Below, piece after piece: positions 1 to 13,278 of a stretch of DNA of 64,000 nucleotides; position 1 is the first letter of the stretch; the number at the start of each line of letters is the position of its first letter. The DNA is taken from the NCBI GenBank assembly GCA_963833425.1, contig CAWHXP010000012.1:32001-96000 (forward strand), written 5' to 3'. The stretch comes from an uncultured Methanosarcinaceae archaeon. GTDB lineage: Archaea > Halobacteriota > Methanosarcinia > Methanosarcinales > Methanosarcinaceae. A model generated the notes under the pieces. That model was not told the origin of the DNA and searched no databases. It was given only the letters and a program-made list of their open reading frames with translations. A program made the translations under genes and the position numbers.

Positions 1-127
1 AACCATCTATGCCGGGCTTTCTTTTGCCCCGATTATTGCAGGGCTTTTTACAGGCTTTCTGAGTTTCGAAAAAATATTCCTAGCAAATGGATGTATTCTG
101 GCAGTAGCTCTTGTATTGAAGGATTGA
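1..127 (+). CDS. 3' end of a probable MFS transporter (partial, runs in from the window edge)
   Basis: Frame from position 2 reads TIYAGLSFAPIIAGLFTGFLSFEKIFLANGCILAVALVLKD*, two hydrophobic helices resembling the last MFS helices; followed by a hairpin. Confidence 0.55.
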   Translation, partial: TIYAGLSFAPIIAGLFTGFLSFEKIFLANGCILAVALVLKD

Positions 128-132
128 AAAAT

Positions 133-170
133 TTCTTGCCGGCAAAAACTTTAGTTAAGTTCGGCAAGAA
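133..170 (+). terminator. Stem-loop after the MFS gene
   Basis: TTCTTGCCG...CGGCAAGAA inverted repeat directly after the stop codon. Confidence 0.45.
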
Positions 171-229
171 AGTGCATAAGGTTATGCATCTACATATTTT
201 CCCACTTTTTTGTCCAAAATTACAATTAC

Positions 230-520
230 TTAACCAATTATTATTATATCTTCATCGACCAAAAGACCTAAGTCTTAACAATATTACTCTGTTTGATTTT
301 ACCCCATCTGTACCTGTTCCATTTTTGTACAGTTCATCATTTGTAATAAGATACCATATTATTGTGGCAATTTTCCTTTTTCAGTTCAATAATTACTTTT
401 GCATTTCTAATTGATTTATTTCTTCCTGTTAAAAAAAAATCATCTTACCTTGCTATTCTTCATTCCTGTTTCTGCCTTAATCAATCAATTAAAGAAATCA
501 ATTTCAGCAAGTTCGTCACC
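230..520 (-). pseudogene. IS110-family transposase C-terminal relic
   Basis: Minus strand, across frameshifts: KNSK..FFNRKK.SI..AK.II...RKIATIIWYLITNDELY, typical of the IS110 C-terminus. Confidence 0.6.
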
Positions 521-659
521 ACTGGTTAAATATATTTATAGAATTCTATGGGAACAAAATCAGTATAAGTTTATATGAATAAAAATAATTGATAAGAAAT
601 TTAAACTCCCCAATACCCCAATGATGGAAATTTATCTAAATTATCTAATATAAATTAAA

Positions 660-1790
660 GAGATTTTAGATAACCTCCATGCTCTTGAGCATGGTTGGCT
701 TTAAATTTGTCAATATTTATCTATATTCATGAAAACTCTTACTGATTTTGCTCTTAAAGAAGAGTATAAACGTCTTGAATCTGTTGGAGATAAGCTTGCT
801 GAAATTTATTCCTGAATTGATTGGAAAACATTTCGTATTATTCTTGAGTCTATGTATATTAACAAAACCATTTCAGGAGGCAGATCTTAAACTGATGTCA
901 TTGTGATGTTCAAAATACTTGTTTTACAACAATGGCGTGGGCTCTCTGATTTTGAACTTGACAAACAGTGTATAAATCGAATTTCTTTTAGGAAATTCCT
1001 TGGATTTCCGGAATACATACCTTACAGTACTACTGTATGGCTATTTAGGGAGAGAATTATCGAGCATTTCAAAGAAAATATGGGGAAAGTTGCAAAGCCA
1101 ACTTGGTGCTCTGGGTTTACAGATAAAGCAGGGAATGATTCAGGATGCTACTTTTATCCATTCAGATCCAGGACATGCAAAAGGAGAAAGATGAGGCAAA
1201 AACAAGAAGAAGCAGAGACGGAACATGGACAAAGAAGGGAGGTAAGTCTCACTTTGGATATAAGCTTCATAATATAATAGACAGAGATTATGAGCTGATC
1301 AGAAGATTCAAAACAACAACTGCGTCAGTACATGATTCGTATGTAGATTTGACAGAGGAAAATGAAGTGGTTTATAGGATAGAGGATACTTTGGAGCAAA
1401 AACGAAGGGGTATAATGCAACAATGAAAAGAGCGGTCAAAGGACATACGCTGGGAATAAAGGATATATTAAGAAATAAGAGAATTAGCTCAAAAAGAGTT
1501 CCAGTAGAAGGAGTTTATTCAGTAACGAAAGAAATTTTCAAAGCAGGAAGAGTTTTTGTTACTACTGTTAAAATAGTAAATCTAAAAATGTTGTGTACGG
1601 CTTTTTGTTATAATCTCCATCAATTGAGGACATTGAAAATAAAAAAAGTATATTGAAGATAGCTGAAGCTATCTTTAAAATCAAAGAATTGAGAATAAGT
1701 AAAGCCAAAAAGAGGAATTAATAGAGAAATTGAGTGGAAGATATGAGAAATTACTGCTAAGAAATAAATCCGAAGTTTATCGAAATCCTC
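660..1790 (+). mobile_element. IS5-family element, copy 1, transposase disrupted
   Basis: Imperfect 19-bp TIRs GAGATTTTAGATAACCTCC / GAAGTTTATCGAAATCCTC; TAAA on both flanks; fragments MFKILVLQQW..LSD, IQDATFIHSDPG, SHFGYKLH; stops and frameshifts. Confidence 0.92.
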
Positions 1791-2250
1791 TAAAGTTATA
1801 TCTGATAGAATTATATATGTTATTGATACCACCAAGTGAATTTATGCTTTTCAATTAAAGCCAAAATACTTCTTTTCTAATTATGGGCAAACTCCAACCT
1901 TAAAAAAATCTCAATGAAAACATTAAATGTCTCGGTGACTCTTTTTTTTTGTCTGAAATTTTTCACCCATATGAGCATTTCATTCATTCGTAGTACCTTT
2001 TAATTTTTCAGGACTTGTTAGCCGTAGCCATTTTTTTAGATCATCTATATACATTACCTATATGACCCAGTATTGTATGTGCTATTTTTGGAAAACTGTT
2101 CAGAACTTATGAAGTTGAAGAATAATTGGTTAATATAATACCAGTAATATATAAATAAAAAAATAAAATATTGAGGAGTATTCTAGATCATAGAAATCAC
2201 CCTCTTTACGCTGAATTCTACTGCTGATATAGTGAGTTACATGTCCATTT

Positions 2251-4080
2251 TTATAAATTTTTACTTAAGTCAATTTCATTTGAACTATTGTTAATTGTGA
2301 AATCACTAATTATAAGTTCAATATTTTTCCCATTGGTTGGAGGCTGATTCCAATCCCACAACCATAAATTCATTAAAATATTCGAAGGATGCTGAGGGAT
2401 TCCAGAAACATTTGTATACTTATAATCTGATATAATTTTCCCGTTTTCCTGCAAAGATGTAAATCTTACATATTGGGTTTCCATTCAAGAGTATGCGTTG
2501 TGTTTGTGCCGTCAATGTTTGATGGAACCATATACTGTGTACATTGCCTTTGATTTTATTAGGCTGTACACTATAACTCAGTTGATCTCCGGTTGTCATT
2601 ACCCCATCTTGAAGCTTCAATGTCTAATTCATTATTATCGTCGAAATAAGTGAAAAATCCGACCACACTATTTATATCAAAGGTATAAATAGGTGAAGCT
2701 ACCTTCCATGTGAAAGTACCATAAAGATATTTATGTTGACTATTCAACATCGTACATTTCCATCTATCTTCGTCCTTTACAATTGTTAAATGTAATCCTG
2801 TTTTCGCCATCTATCCATGCACCGGTAGTATTCCAGTAATTATTAATAGGATCTGATTTTCCTTTACTCATATACCAATTTTGCCCTTTCCAATAAATTA
2901 CCCCATGTGAAGGATATTTATTCACTCCTTTATCAACTGTCCATAAACCATTTTCCTTAGTTGCTTGTGTGTAAAACAATGTCCAAATTCCATTAGTATC
3001 TTTCGCAGGGATCCACAGATTCAAAAAATTTCCATCATCACTAAAAACACCTGCACTGCGATCTAATTGAATATCCTTGTATATCGCACATGATGGATCA
3101 CTGATTTGTAGCAGTGGTAAACCTTGAACAGTAAAATTATCCGTGTAGTTATTTGCAGTCGCAAGATACAAATTATCATTACCTACAAATCTAAATAACG
3201 CATATATTGTTGATTTTCCGGGATAATTCATCATATTCATCATCCAGGGTTGATAGTCACTTGATTGACCAATTGCTTGCTTATTGCTAAAATGTACCCC
3301 ATCAGTTGAAGTGTATCTGTATATAACGTGAGGTTCTAGATCTATATCAACTATCCACATATAATAAATTCCTGTGGAATTATCATACAGAACGGATGGC
3401 GAAATTCCATGAGCAGTGACATTCATTTCAGATGAAACAGTACTGCCATCATATGTTCTAACTTTTGGGTCTTCTATAGTTAAGTTACCAACTACATCAC
3501 CAATTACGTAGTAGCACATGAGTTTTCGAGTAATAGGATCATATATGATATCAGGAGAAGACCCATGAGCTTTTGAGTCATACTCAGATACAATAGGCTT
3601 TCCGATAGGATTTGTCACTCCTGACGGTACATGCCAAAGAAGTCCATCATCAGAATAGTACAAACATGCATTTTCATAGGTACTATTCGAATATGGAAAT
3701 GGAGTAATAAGCATCCACCATTTGTGACCAAATACACCTGATGCATTATAATAGACATCAGGATGATTGAACTGGTTAGATCCATATGGGTCGGGTATCG
3801 ATAAAGAAAGTCGATTATTCGTACTGGTATTGAACAACAAATTATTCTGCTGAGGATTATTTTTGGCGACAACATTAATTGGGCCTGTCGAATTAGATGT
3901 TGTTATTTGTTCAGAAGATACTGCTATTGGCAAACTACCACTTGTAGTATCTGATGTGTTTAGGAGAGTACCATTTTCAATTTTATTTTCGTGGGATCTT
4001 TCTCCTGGTAATGCACCTGAAATACAGCCAGAGAAAAGAAGTAATAATGTTATAACAACGATTCCAATTTTAGAAAACAT
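2251..4080 (-). pseudogene. Secreted/lipoprotein glycoside hydrolase: beta-propeller-like domain plus C-terminal GH16-like domain, C-terminal part frameshifted
   Basis: Signal ending LLFSGC; HPDV..WWMLITPFPY..ENACLYYSDDG..W; downstream overlapping frames continue LHLTI..YGTFTW..VVGFFTY..NELDIEASRWG (GH16 ExDxE motif) and NLWLW. Confidence 0.65.
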
Positions 4081-4848
4081 ATCTTATTTTCTCCGTAATG
4101 TACGAATGACTACGCGATGAATTAAAAAACAACGGCAGTAAATCCTTACCTGTATAGATTGAATTAATATAAAGAGGTTCCATATACTTGATTTTATCCC
4201 TCAAAAAAACATATTATTTTTCTCTGAGCTTTGGATTGATTGCAGTCAATGAAAATGAATTGTGAAGCAATTTTTACGATCCCAGAAGATATTAAAACAA
4301 TCTTCCGGATAAAGGCTTTATGGAGCTGATGAAGTATATAAAAACGAGATCGATTTAAATTGAGCATCATAAATTATATTATGAATTCTATTTTACCCAT
4401 TCTCTGAATATATAGCTTGGATTATCTAGTTGAATGTAGAGTATCTAGTTACTACCATCATATAAGACAAATTTAGCATCACGAAATAATAGTACATAAT
4501 CAACATTATTTGCATATTTCGAGCAAAATGCAGATAAGTTTGAGAGTTTTGAAAAATATAAATTCAGAAGTTTACATATTTTTACATATTAAGTCACATC
4601 TTTATCGCATGTACATATTATATGATGATAGGTATATATATTTTATTATATCTGATATATATAATATACTTTATTTTATTCCTATCTGGGACATTTTACT
4701 ACGCATGATATTTATTGCTAAGGCGAAAATTTATTCCTGCAAAAAAAGAACCCTGGAACTTTAGGTCTTATTATTAGTTAAATATAATTTTGTATTGGTT
4801 AAATATAATTTTGAGTCCGGTTAACATTGCAGAAAATTTTCCGCTCAC

Positions 4849-5560
4849 ATGCCAAAGATTTATCCTTGGATAAAGCGTGCTGAAGAAGAAGATTTTCTCA
4901 GCCTTGAATGCAAATCTGTGAAGGAGTAGAATCTTTTTTAACAGAAGAACAAATTTCTGATTCAAGGATATACCTTTCAGAGCCAATTTCAAAAAAATAA
5001 TGGTTATTATCGCAGTTTGCAAACAAAAAGACAAAATCTAATTGTCAATTAGAAATTCAATATCTTTTATTCCGAATCAAAAATGATATCCTAGATAAAA
5101 AACAAATGAAAACTCAGATACGAATTATATCTCTTCAATCCAAAAGGAATCTTAAACCCCAATCACCAATTGTCAACAATGAAATATTAGTTCTTTTGTG
5201 GATTCAAATAAATCAAGATGTTGGTTAATCGAGGACGCAAAACCATTAAATTTACGAGTAATTCAAAAGCCAAAATCATTAGTGGGGGATGTTATACTGA
5301 AACCAAGAATTTGATGGGTATATTTATTGCACAGAATACCTACTCTTTTCTAAAATCTTATTTGATTTTGAAAGAGTTACGGGAACAAAGATATTTCTTC
5401 ACTAAACCGAGCCACATGATATAAATTAAAAAATGCAGAGAAATTTATATTGAAACAATAAGCACTTGTTGTAAAGATTATTATACCTCATGTACACCAG
5501 AAAGAAACCAAACCGAATATTGTTGGAAAACGAAAATAAAGATGTTAAAGTCAAGAAGAT
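4849..5560 (+). pseudogene. IS630-family transposase relic
   Basis: Fragments WIKRAEEEDFLSL..SFLTEEQI, KFNIFYSES and TPERNQTEYCWK (cf. the SPELNPIExxW motif); many stops. Confidence 0.5.
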
Positions 5561-6536
5561 CATTTAAAAAGATTAAAAAATAGGAGAAAAATTGGATGAT
5601 TTTGGGAAAAATATACACTCAAACATAAAACGTTGCTTAATTCAAAATACTGAATATAATTGATGAAAACGATGCAAGAATTCTACTTCAGAATTCTACA
5701 ATATTGAATTTTCTAGAGGCTATTACAAAGAAATGGAATTAAAATGTTTGGATGATTTTTTTATAACTACTGAAGAATAAGTGTAAATAAATAAGTAATA
5801 ACAATTAAACCACAGCAAATCTGGACTACTGATCAATTAATAAAAGTTATATATTTTAATGTTATATGACGTATGTGAGGTACTTGTAATATGGATACTG
5901 TTACTGCTACATCTTGGATTGATGTGTTAATAAGTATTATTGTTATTAGTGGTCTATTTGGTGTTCTTGCTAATATTGTTTATTTTTATGATGAAGGGCA
6001 TTAGATTTTCCAAAACAAAAGATTACAAATTCAACAACTAGAATAAGTTACTGGAAGCTGTAAACAATAGCTTCCTTTTAAAATGTGAACAACAAAGTAG
6101 ACGAATCCATCATATGTATGTTTAAACAATAGCTATGAAAGCAACATGATGGCGCTTGCTGTATAGTTAGTCCTTTAACTCATCTGATGTGGCCAAGTGT
6201 TTTCTGTCTAAACATTATCCTGCAACACTCGGTAATGTGTTAATTTGAATCAGATTCTTATGATGTTATCCTCTCATAATTTGGCAAAGTATGATGGTGT
6301 TCACAAATTTTGACGCATATAACTTATCGATAAAATTCACTAATTATGTACGCTTTTTACTTAATATACACGTACATCTGACAACCAGATCAGACATATT
6401 CATGAGTTGTTGAAAATCGTAATCATATGACTGTTGACATTTTTTTTTCGAGGATGGTAGATATTCAGAGTTTCGTAAATTTACACAAATGTAGAATTTG
6501 TTCGACGAGTTGTTCATTAAATCCATTTAAGATCAA

Positions 6537-6621
6537 TAGAATTTCGATAAATCACTGATTTCAAGAGTTATTCAAATATTTATGTGAATATGACGAAATT
6601 TAGGGACTTGTCGAAATTTTC
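6537..6621. mobile_element. MITE (~85 bp) with ends related to the IS5 pair
   Basis: TAGAATTTCGATAAATCAC ... GGGACTTGTCGAAATTTTC, matching the IS5 TIR core ATTTCGATAA. Confidence 0.65.
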
Positions 6622-6671
6622 AAGATTTACTTTTGAGATAGTTCTAAATTAATTTAAATCATTTATTTAAA

Positions 6672-7060
6672 TCATAATAAACTATGTATATAATATGTGT
6701 TGGTATCGCCGTTTGAATATAGCCTATCAACTGAAACATATTCCTCCAATTTTTTAAAATCATTTTGATGAAATCTTCCAACAACATTCCAGACAGTTTC
6801 ATAAACTATTTTGTCAAACATTGCCATCATGAAATATTCGTTCCGAGTATAAGAATTCCCAAGGCTATTGGAGATGGTATAATTAAAATGATCCTTAATA
6901 TTCGCCTCTTTATAAGAAGACCAAAACAACTTTCCAGCTTCAACATAGCCCAATGAACCTGTTAAAAAATCTGTATACTGGACTCATTATATACACACTA
7001 TTAATAGCAGAATTTTTGAAATTTAAGAACCATTCAGCCCCATTCATATTCATTTTATGC
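6672..7060 (-). pseudogene. C-terminal relic of an archaeal glycosylation-associated membrane protein (DUF2206-like)
   Basis: Ends VDRLYSNGDTNTYYI, like the xxIYSNG terminus of this family; upstream GAEWF fragment; no intact N-terminus. Confidence 0.4.
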
Positions 7061-7394
7061 TCATCAATTTTTGAGATAAGTTCCCTGTTAAAAAATTCAG
7101 CTCTTTGCTGCTTTGTGTAGGTTGAAAATAATTTCTAGTTGAAAAGACCAAGTGTAGAGAAAATGTAGAATACGAAGGTGATTTCCCACACCAAATATTT
7201 TCAGAGTATAATATATACATTTTGTCGTATATTCAAATCGACTCTAAACTTATTATTCAAAATAGTGAAAATCCTGATTTTCCTTATTTGTTACTCTTGA
7301 GAATTTTAATGTAAAAATTCTGTCATCGTTTATTTTTATAATTTTCTCTTATTTACTTTCCCACATATTCTTCAAGGACCAAAACCCAAGAAAT

Positions 7395-7670
7395 GAGATC
7401 TTATCATAAAACAGAAGTTGTTTAAAAGAATATAGGATATTTTGGAATAAAATTAAAAGTTCATGATACAATCATGAAAAGAGTAGTAAAAGAAAATCCT
7501 CTGGCTTTTTGTGGTATCGTAAGAAATAAAAGAATCAAAAGAATCATCTTAAAAAAATATGGTGAAAAATTTACGCAGTGGTTAAAAAGCTAATCAAAGC
7601 AGGAAAAATTCTTGTCACTACTGTTTAAAAAATGAAGCCGAAGATGTAGTTTATGTATTCATTTCATATT
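7395..7670 (+). pseudogene. Old IS5 transposase relic
   Basis: Reads EVV..IGYFGIKLKVHDTIMKRVVKENPL..RNKRI..KAGKILVTTV, aligning by eye with the 3' part of the element at 660-1790. Confidence 0.65.
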
Positions 7671-7702
7671 CTCTATTTATAAGGCTATCAGAATGGTTAT
7701 AA

Positions 7703-8065
7703 TTATTTGCCCAAATAAGTTTTTATTCCTACTAAAATAAGAAATGCTCCAAAAAACTTCCTCATTAAATCCATAGGAAGCATATTTGCAAATTGCGCTC
7801 CAAACTTTGCACAAATAACCATAGTGATACAAATAATTATCCCTGCATACAAATCAGCATTACCTCTTTTATAATATTCAAAAAATGCAAGTATGCCAAC
7901 CGGCGGAAGCAGTGCGATTAAAGAAGTTCCCTGAGCTTTTAATTGAGAAAATCCTATTAAATATACTAGTGCTGGAATAATAATCACCCCACCACCAATC
8001 CCAAAGAAGCCACTGAAAATACCTGCAATTATACCAATAATTAAATAAATTATTAAATCGATCAT
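7703..8065 (-). CDS. TSUP/TauE-SafE family small permease
   Basis: GIIAGIFSGFFGIGGGVIIIPAL..AQGTSL signature; ATG at 8065. Confidence 0.85.
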   Translation of the reverse strand: MIDLIIYLIIGIIAGIFSGFFGIGGGVIIIPALVYLIGFSQLKAQGTSLIALLPPVGILAFFEYYKRGNADLYAGIIICITMVICAKFGAQFANMLPMDLMRKFFGAFLILVGIKTYLGK

Positions 8066-8939
8066 AAAGTTCCATCTCAAATATAATTTATAATAAAGTG
8101 TATAAAGCTTTAGGATAGCTTTTTTAAACTACTATAGTTTCTATTCTGATAATTGAATGAAAGTGCTGTCGCCAATAAAACTTTAAAAATATTGAAGATT
8201 GCAAGAAGCTACTAATTTTTGTCACATGCTCATATAGCATATGAGAATGATTCGAGCAAATCAGAGATTTATTGGAAATTTTCTATTGTCTAGAATTACA
8301 TCCATTATGATACCTTTCTCAAATTTAGTTCATTATACAATTTTATCGAGATTTATTTATAGAGATTTTAGATAAAAATTAATTTTTGATTGGTTTTTAT
8401 AGGATTATATAGCAATTTGTTTCAACATAAAATTTATCGAAATAAACTACATCATAGATAACATATCAAGAAATTATTTAGAATAATATATATCAGATGT
8501 GTGTAATATATAACCTAGTAATTTTATAAAGGATTAAACTATGTTGCCCATTATAGTTAAATAAGAATAAAAAAAGACCTACTTTTGAAATTACCGATTC
8601 CGAGTTATTGTGGCATAATTTTGAGGAACAGTAGTTCCTTATCTTTTTCTAGACATTTAAACACATAAAATTCTCATGGCAAGTCCTATAAGGGGAAAAT
8701 AGCTTTTTGTATAGTTTCGATGATAGAGTTCTTTTAGGCATTGTATATTAGAAAATGAAAATGCCTGTTGAAGATCTATTTTTGATACTTACCACTTGGC
8801 TCTATGTCTGATATTTTATTCCTGAAAACCAAATATTTCTTTGCAAAGAAATGTATTTGTAGCTAGGCAAGGCAACTGTTTAGCAAAGAATGCATAGAGC
8901 ATTCATTGTACCAAACTTTGAAAAAACATCACCCATTTA

Positions 8940-9902
8940 TCAGTCAATTTTTTTTTTGAGTTTTTCCCATATCTTAAATCCTCCATAATAGAATAGGCAC
9001 AAAAATCCTATTACACTACTGACACCATAAGAAATTAAACGCTCCAAAAAAACGAAACTGCCTGCAGATGCTAAAGGTAACCCAGAATATAGAAGTAGAG
9101 AAATCAGACCACCTTCGATTATTCCAAGACCTCCGGGAGTTAATGGTAGGAGTCCTAAAAGGAAGGACAGGATTGAGACTGTTATAATAAGATTTATGGA
9201 TAGATGAATATTAAGAGCTAAAGCAACCAATTTAAGACGTAGTATATCCAGGATCCAAACCCCACAAGATAGAAGGAAAACAGATGTAAAAGATTTTTTA
9301 AGTTGTTTCCAATTTTTCTGCAAATTTTTAAGGAGGGCAGCAAACTTTGCTCGAAAAAACCTTATTGTAATCCCTGCTGCTAGGAAAACTAAGAGCATTA
9401 AATGTGTTGAGCTTAAAGTTAAACTACTTATTAGAGGTAGGAATTTAATATTAAAAGAGGGGAATGAGTACAGAACATAGATTAATAAAAGCGCAATCGG
9501 TATCGCTTCAACTAGTCTTTCGAAGAGGATTGTTTTGAAAGCGTTAGTATAGCTTATCCCAAATAGTTTGTTGGCCCAAAGTATCCTGAGAGGCTCTCCA
9601 CCGGTCATATTTGCCGGAGTAACGTTATTCATGAATATCGCTCCAAAATAAATGGGGACTAGACATGTGGCTTTTAGATTGTAACCAATACAAAAAAGAA
9701 CCTTCTGCCAGCGAACCGCAAATAAGTACACGCTCAGCAAGTAAACTAAGACAGCCGGAACAACATAGCGTATTCGAGCTTCTTGGAATGTTCTTAAGAT
9801 TTCTTCCAGAATAGGTATGATATCCATCCAGTAAGTATGGACCAGAAGCACCCCTGCTGTGAGCAGTAAAAGGACTGCGATGGCTTTTACCAAGGTTCCC
9901 AT
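8940..9902 (-). CDS. Lysylphosphatidylglycerol-synthase-like / flippase-like membrane protein (UPF0104)
   Basis: RWQ..F.NNVTP..GGEPLR..ERL..PLTPGGLGIIEG..ERLISY motifs; intact ORF. Confidence 0.85.
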   Translation of the reverse strand: MGTLVKAIAVLLLLTAGVLLVHTYWMDIIPILEEILRTFQEARIRYVVPAVLVYLLSVYLFAVRWQKVLFCIGYNLKATCLVPIYFGAIFMNNVTPANMTGGEPLRILWANKLFGISYTNAFKTILFERLVEAIPIALLLIYVLYSFPSFNIKFLPLISSLTLSSTHLMLLVFLAAGITIRFFRAKFAALLKNLQKNWKQLKKSFTSVFLLSCGVWILDILRLKLVALALNIHLSINLIITVSILSFLLGLLPLTPGGLGIIEGGLISLLLYSGLPLASAGSFVFLERLISYGVSSVIGFLCLFYYGGFKIWEKLKKKID

Positions 9903-11429
9903 GTTCAAAAATATACCTCACAAGATTCAGAGTGGGATTTTATTGTAAGTAAATATTTCCATTTGGTCCTCCCCATAATTTGCTTTTTGGATCCTTTATC
10001 TCGAATAATCCAATCGAGTTTAGATCATTAAAGCAATCCTGGAAATTATTAACTATCTGGAATAAAATAGCTTTGGAAATGAGCTCATTCAGAGATTTCC
10101 TGCCACCGTTCATGATATCAAATTTACATTATTAATGTACTTAGCCGGGGTTATTAAAGAGAAATGGAAAATAAAGGAAAATGTCGTTAATAGTTTCAAT
10201 TTGTTGTAGTTCTGAAGAGTCACTCCAATTAATTCACAATTCTTCCTCAATAATTCACAAGAAAAAGACTTTATCCATACATCTTGATTATTTTATTATA
10301 AGCGCTTTTAGAGAATTCAATATTGCAGAATTATTAAATAAAAATTATCCATAATTTCCTAAACTATTTTGTGATTTTTTTTGTCTGATTATATTTTAGA
10401 ATTTCGATATCTATTAGTTAACAAATCCGCGCTTGAGTTCTATCTCGATTAAATTTTGTTAAGTAATTCAGGAGTAATTTTGATGGAATATTGCATAATG
10501 CTCCAGTTCCGTCTGTTACTAATCAAATCATGTCCTCACTGATACAGATTTCATGATATGCTGTAATCCCATAAATGACTTTAATAAATTGATATTATAC
10601 ATAATATATGTATATTACAAAGAAATAGAGTTCTTATATGGAGTATTTAAAACATATTCGTAGCTTATAAACCTTTTTAACATGCATCGGGCATTCCATG
10701 GATATACACATATGTATAATTTGTTTGTCCACTTGCCTACATTTACTCCTGGAATTTAAATTAATTTTTAAACCGCCGTAATATTGAGAAAATCAATGAA
10801 ATTTCCATATATGTTCTGCAGAAAGTTAGAAATCTACCTCAAAATCAAGTTAAGATATCGAAATGATATCTTTCCTGATTAAAGGAAAAAAGCAGAAAAT
10901 AATTCATAATAAAATCTATATTTGCAGTAATATAATAATTTCTTTGAAAAAAATTACTTTAAAATATCATATTTTAAGTTTTCGTTAGTATCCTAATAAT
11001 CATGATTTTGTTGCATTATTCGAGTATAAATTTGTATCATACGACTTTAATTCTCAAAATTGAATCCTGAATAAAAACAAAAAAGAATTTCAATAAACAT
11101 CTAATTTTCAATAGCCATTGCATAATATAGCATTTATAAGCATATGACAAAATCGAGGGTTTATCAGAATTTTCAAAAGTATGTTCATAAACAAAGAATC
11201 AGATAAAATATGGAGAGAATTATTTAATAGAAACAATTCAATATTAAATGTTTCTAAAAGTATTTGCCACGTATCTTCTATGCTCGCGGGGAAGTTAAAC
11301 ATATTGCATTTGAAGTTTTGACCTAACTCACAAACATCATGTTCAAACTCTCGATCGTCCATACCACTAAATATCCTGCTCGAGATAATATAGTGGAAGA
11401 TACGTTAGATCTTTGAAAGCGCCTGTAGA

Positions 11430-12530
11430 AAGATGATCCTCTGTCAAACGTTCTACGTGTAAAAATATCAATACCATAAGAGGTCTACCATATGTTCAAT
11501 GGTATATAATCAATTAAGCTCCTCTGCCACTTGCACGAAGATCGACCAAATCAGAAATCTGTGAGACTGGTATCAGGATCATATACGATAAATTAGTGCC
11601 CCTGGATTTAAAGACTAGGTGGACCTTTTGGAGAGGGGGTAAGAAATTGTTGCCAACTGAGATGATTCACAAATGATCAAGAATCACCAAGGAATAAGGA
11701 TTTTTTGAGGAATGGAAGAGTGTTGTTGTTAAGTGGAAGAACTTTAGAGTTACATGAAAAAATAGATGTGCTTCGAATGAGGGACTGATGGTAGATCGGA
11801 TTAATGACCCTTCTGAAGGTTATTTCCGAGTGAATTATAAGGAGCTTACAATTGCAGAATATTTACTGGATAATGAATATAGTGATGTTCTACAGCTGAT
11901 CGAGTAATATTTCCTGGTGCATCCTGCCCAGGTCGGAGGTGTTCTGTTTAATTGGACAGATACCATCCTTTGGCTATCAGCCAGGTAGCGGACACCAAGT
12001 TATTGGATCTTGAAGATCACATTTTTAACATCGATGCCGAAGCTAACGTCCATCCGAGCTATGCATGTACCATCTGACTATCTTAAAGATCATTCAGCTA
12101 TGTACACATTCTCACATCTCTTAAAATCTATTATTTATAGCACAAAATAGCAATTTCGAGTCTTTCTAGGTAATTGACTAAATGAAACCAAGTTCCGAAA
12201 TGGACATTAGAGAATTATCTTCTAACTCAAGAAATTCAGCAAATGCTCGCACAATATTCAGAACTTAAGGATATTATCTCTAGGCTTGGTACGGTATAAC
12301 TGTCGCAGGATGACAGCAATGCAATCTCCTGCACTTGTTGGCTGGGAGTTGCCTCAAGCAGTCGTTTTCACAACCTAGCATTTTTTTCATAGGCATAAAA
12401 GAAAATTTGTCGCCTCTTGGCGCTCTCGAAAGCTGTGAGTGGATCCTGTGCGATGAATTCAAAGACCAACACGGCAGATGAGATCTATATGATCGGAATG
12501 ATTGATGAAGCAATAGCCAAAAAAACTAAG
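11430..12530 (+). pseudogene. atpD: N-type F1Fo ATPase beta subunit, heavily eroded and missed by the ORF track
   Basis: Fragments LPLARRSTKSEICETGIR, TEMIH, LTIAEY....YSDVLQLI, GQIPSFGYQP, QEIQQMLAQYSELKDII, LYMIGMIDEA; sits directly before atpC. Confidence 0.85.
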
Positions 12531-12541
12531 TTGGGTAGATC

Positions 12542-12947
12542 ATGAGATCAATATTGATGAATCTTAAAATTATTCTACCGTTCCAGATATTCACCGAAAG
12601 GAAGAGCGTATCACGCATAGTTGCAGAAGCTCTTGAGGGGTTCATTTGGGCTCCTCCCACAAAGACTCGATTGTGTCATGGCTTTAGAGCCTGGTATTTT
12701 CATCTATGAAACCGAAGCAGAAGGTGAGGTTTATGTGGCTGTCGATGAAGGTGTACTAATCAAGACTGGTCAGAAAGTGCTAGTTTCAGTTCGCAACGCC
12801 ATTATCGGAACAAACTTAAGCCAATTGAGGGAGGCGGTGGAGAGAGAGTTTTTGACCCTGGACAAGAGCGAAGAAAAAATACGCTCAGTGATGGCAAAAT
12901 TGGAAAGCGAGCTTGTAAGTCGCTTAGTGGAGTTTCATAATGATTGA
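12542..12947 (+). pseudogene. atpC: N-ATPase epsilon subunit, +1 frameshift in a G run near 12636-12640
   Basis: MRSILMNLKIILPFQIF..VSRIVAEALEG then GSFGLLPQRLDCV..VAVDEGVLIK in the next frame. Confidence 0.85.
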
Positions 12948-13278
12948 CGAGCTAAAAATGAAAGAATCGAGGAATAAACAGACCTTAGCCAATCAGGTTG
13001 GAACAAAAGCTGAACGCAAACTCAGGGCGCAACGTAACGTGACTCGAACTGTTTGGCTTGGTTTAGGCATGATGGGGCTTATCGGTTGGTCTGTGACAAT
13101 TCCAACTCTTCTTGGTGCTGCAGTCGGTCTATGGTTGGACAAGCACTATCCAGTGAGCTTTTCCTGGACGCTTACGATGCTGCTTATCGGCCTGTTTATA
13201 GGGTGCATTAATGCATGGCATTGGGTGACTAAGGAACATCACGAAATGCAACAGGAACAGGAGGAGAACAATGAATGA
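12940..13278 (+). CDS. atpQ: N-ATPase AtpQ (AtpI/AtpZ-like) subunit
   Basis: GLGMMGLIGWSVTIPTLLG..GLWLD..SWTLTML; intact; operon position. Confidence 0.85.
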   Translation: MIDELKMKESRNKQTLANQVGTKAERKLRAQRNVTRTVWLGLGMMGLIGWSVTIPTLLGAAVGLWLDKHYPVSFSWTLTMLLIGLFIGCINAWHWVTKEHHEMQQEQEENNE

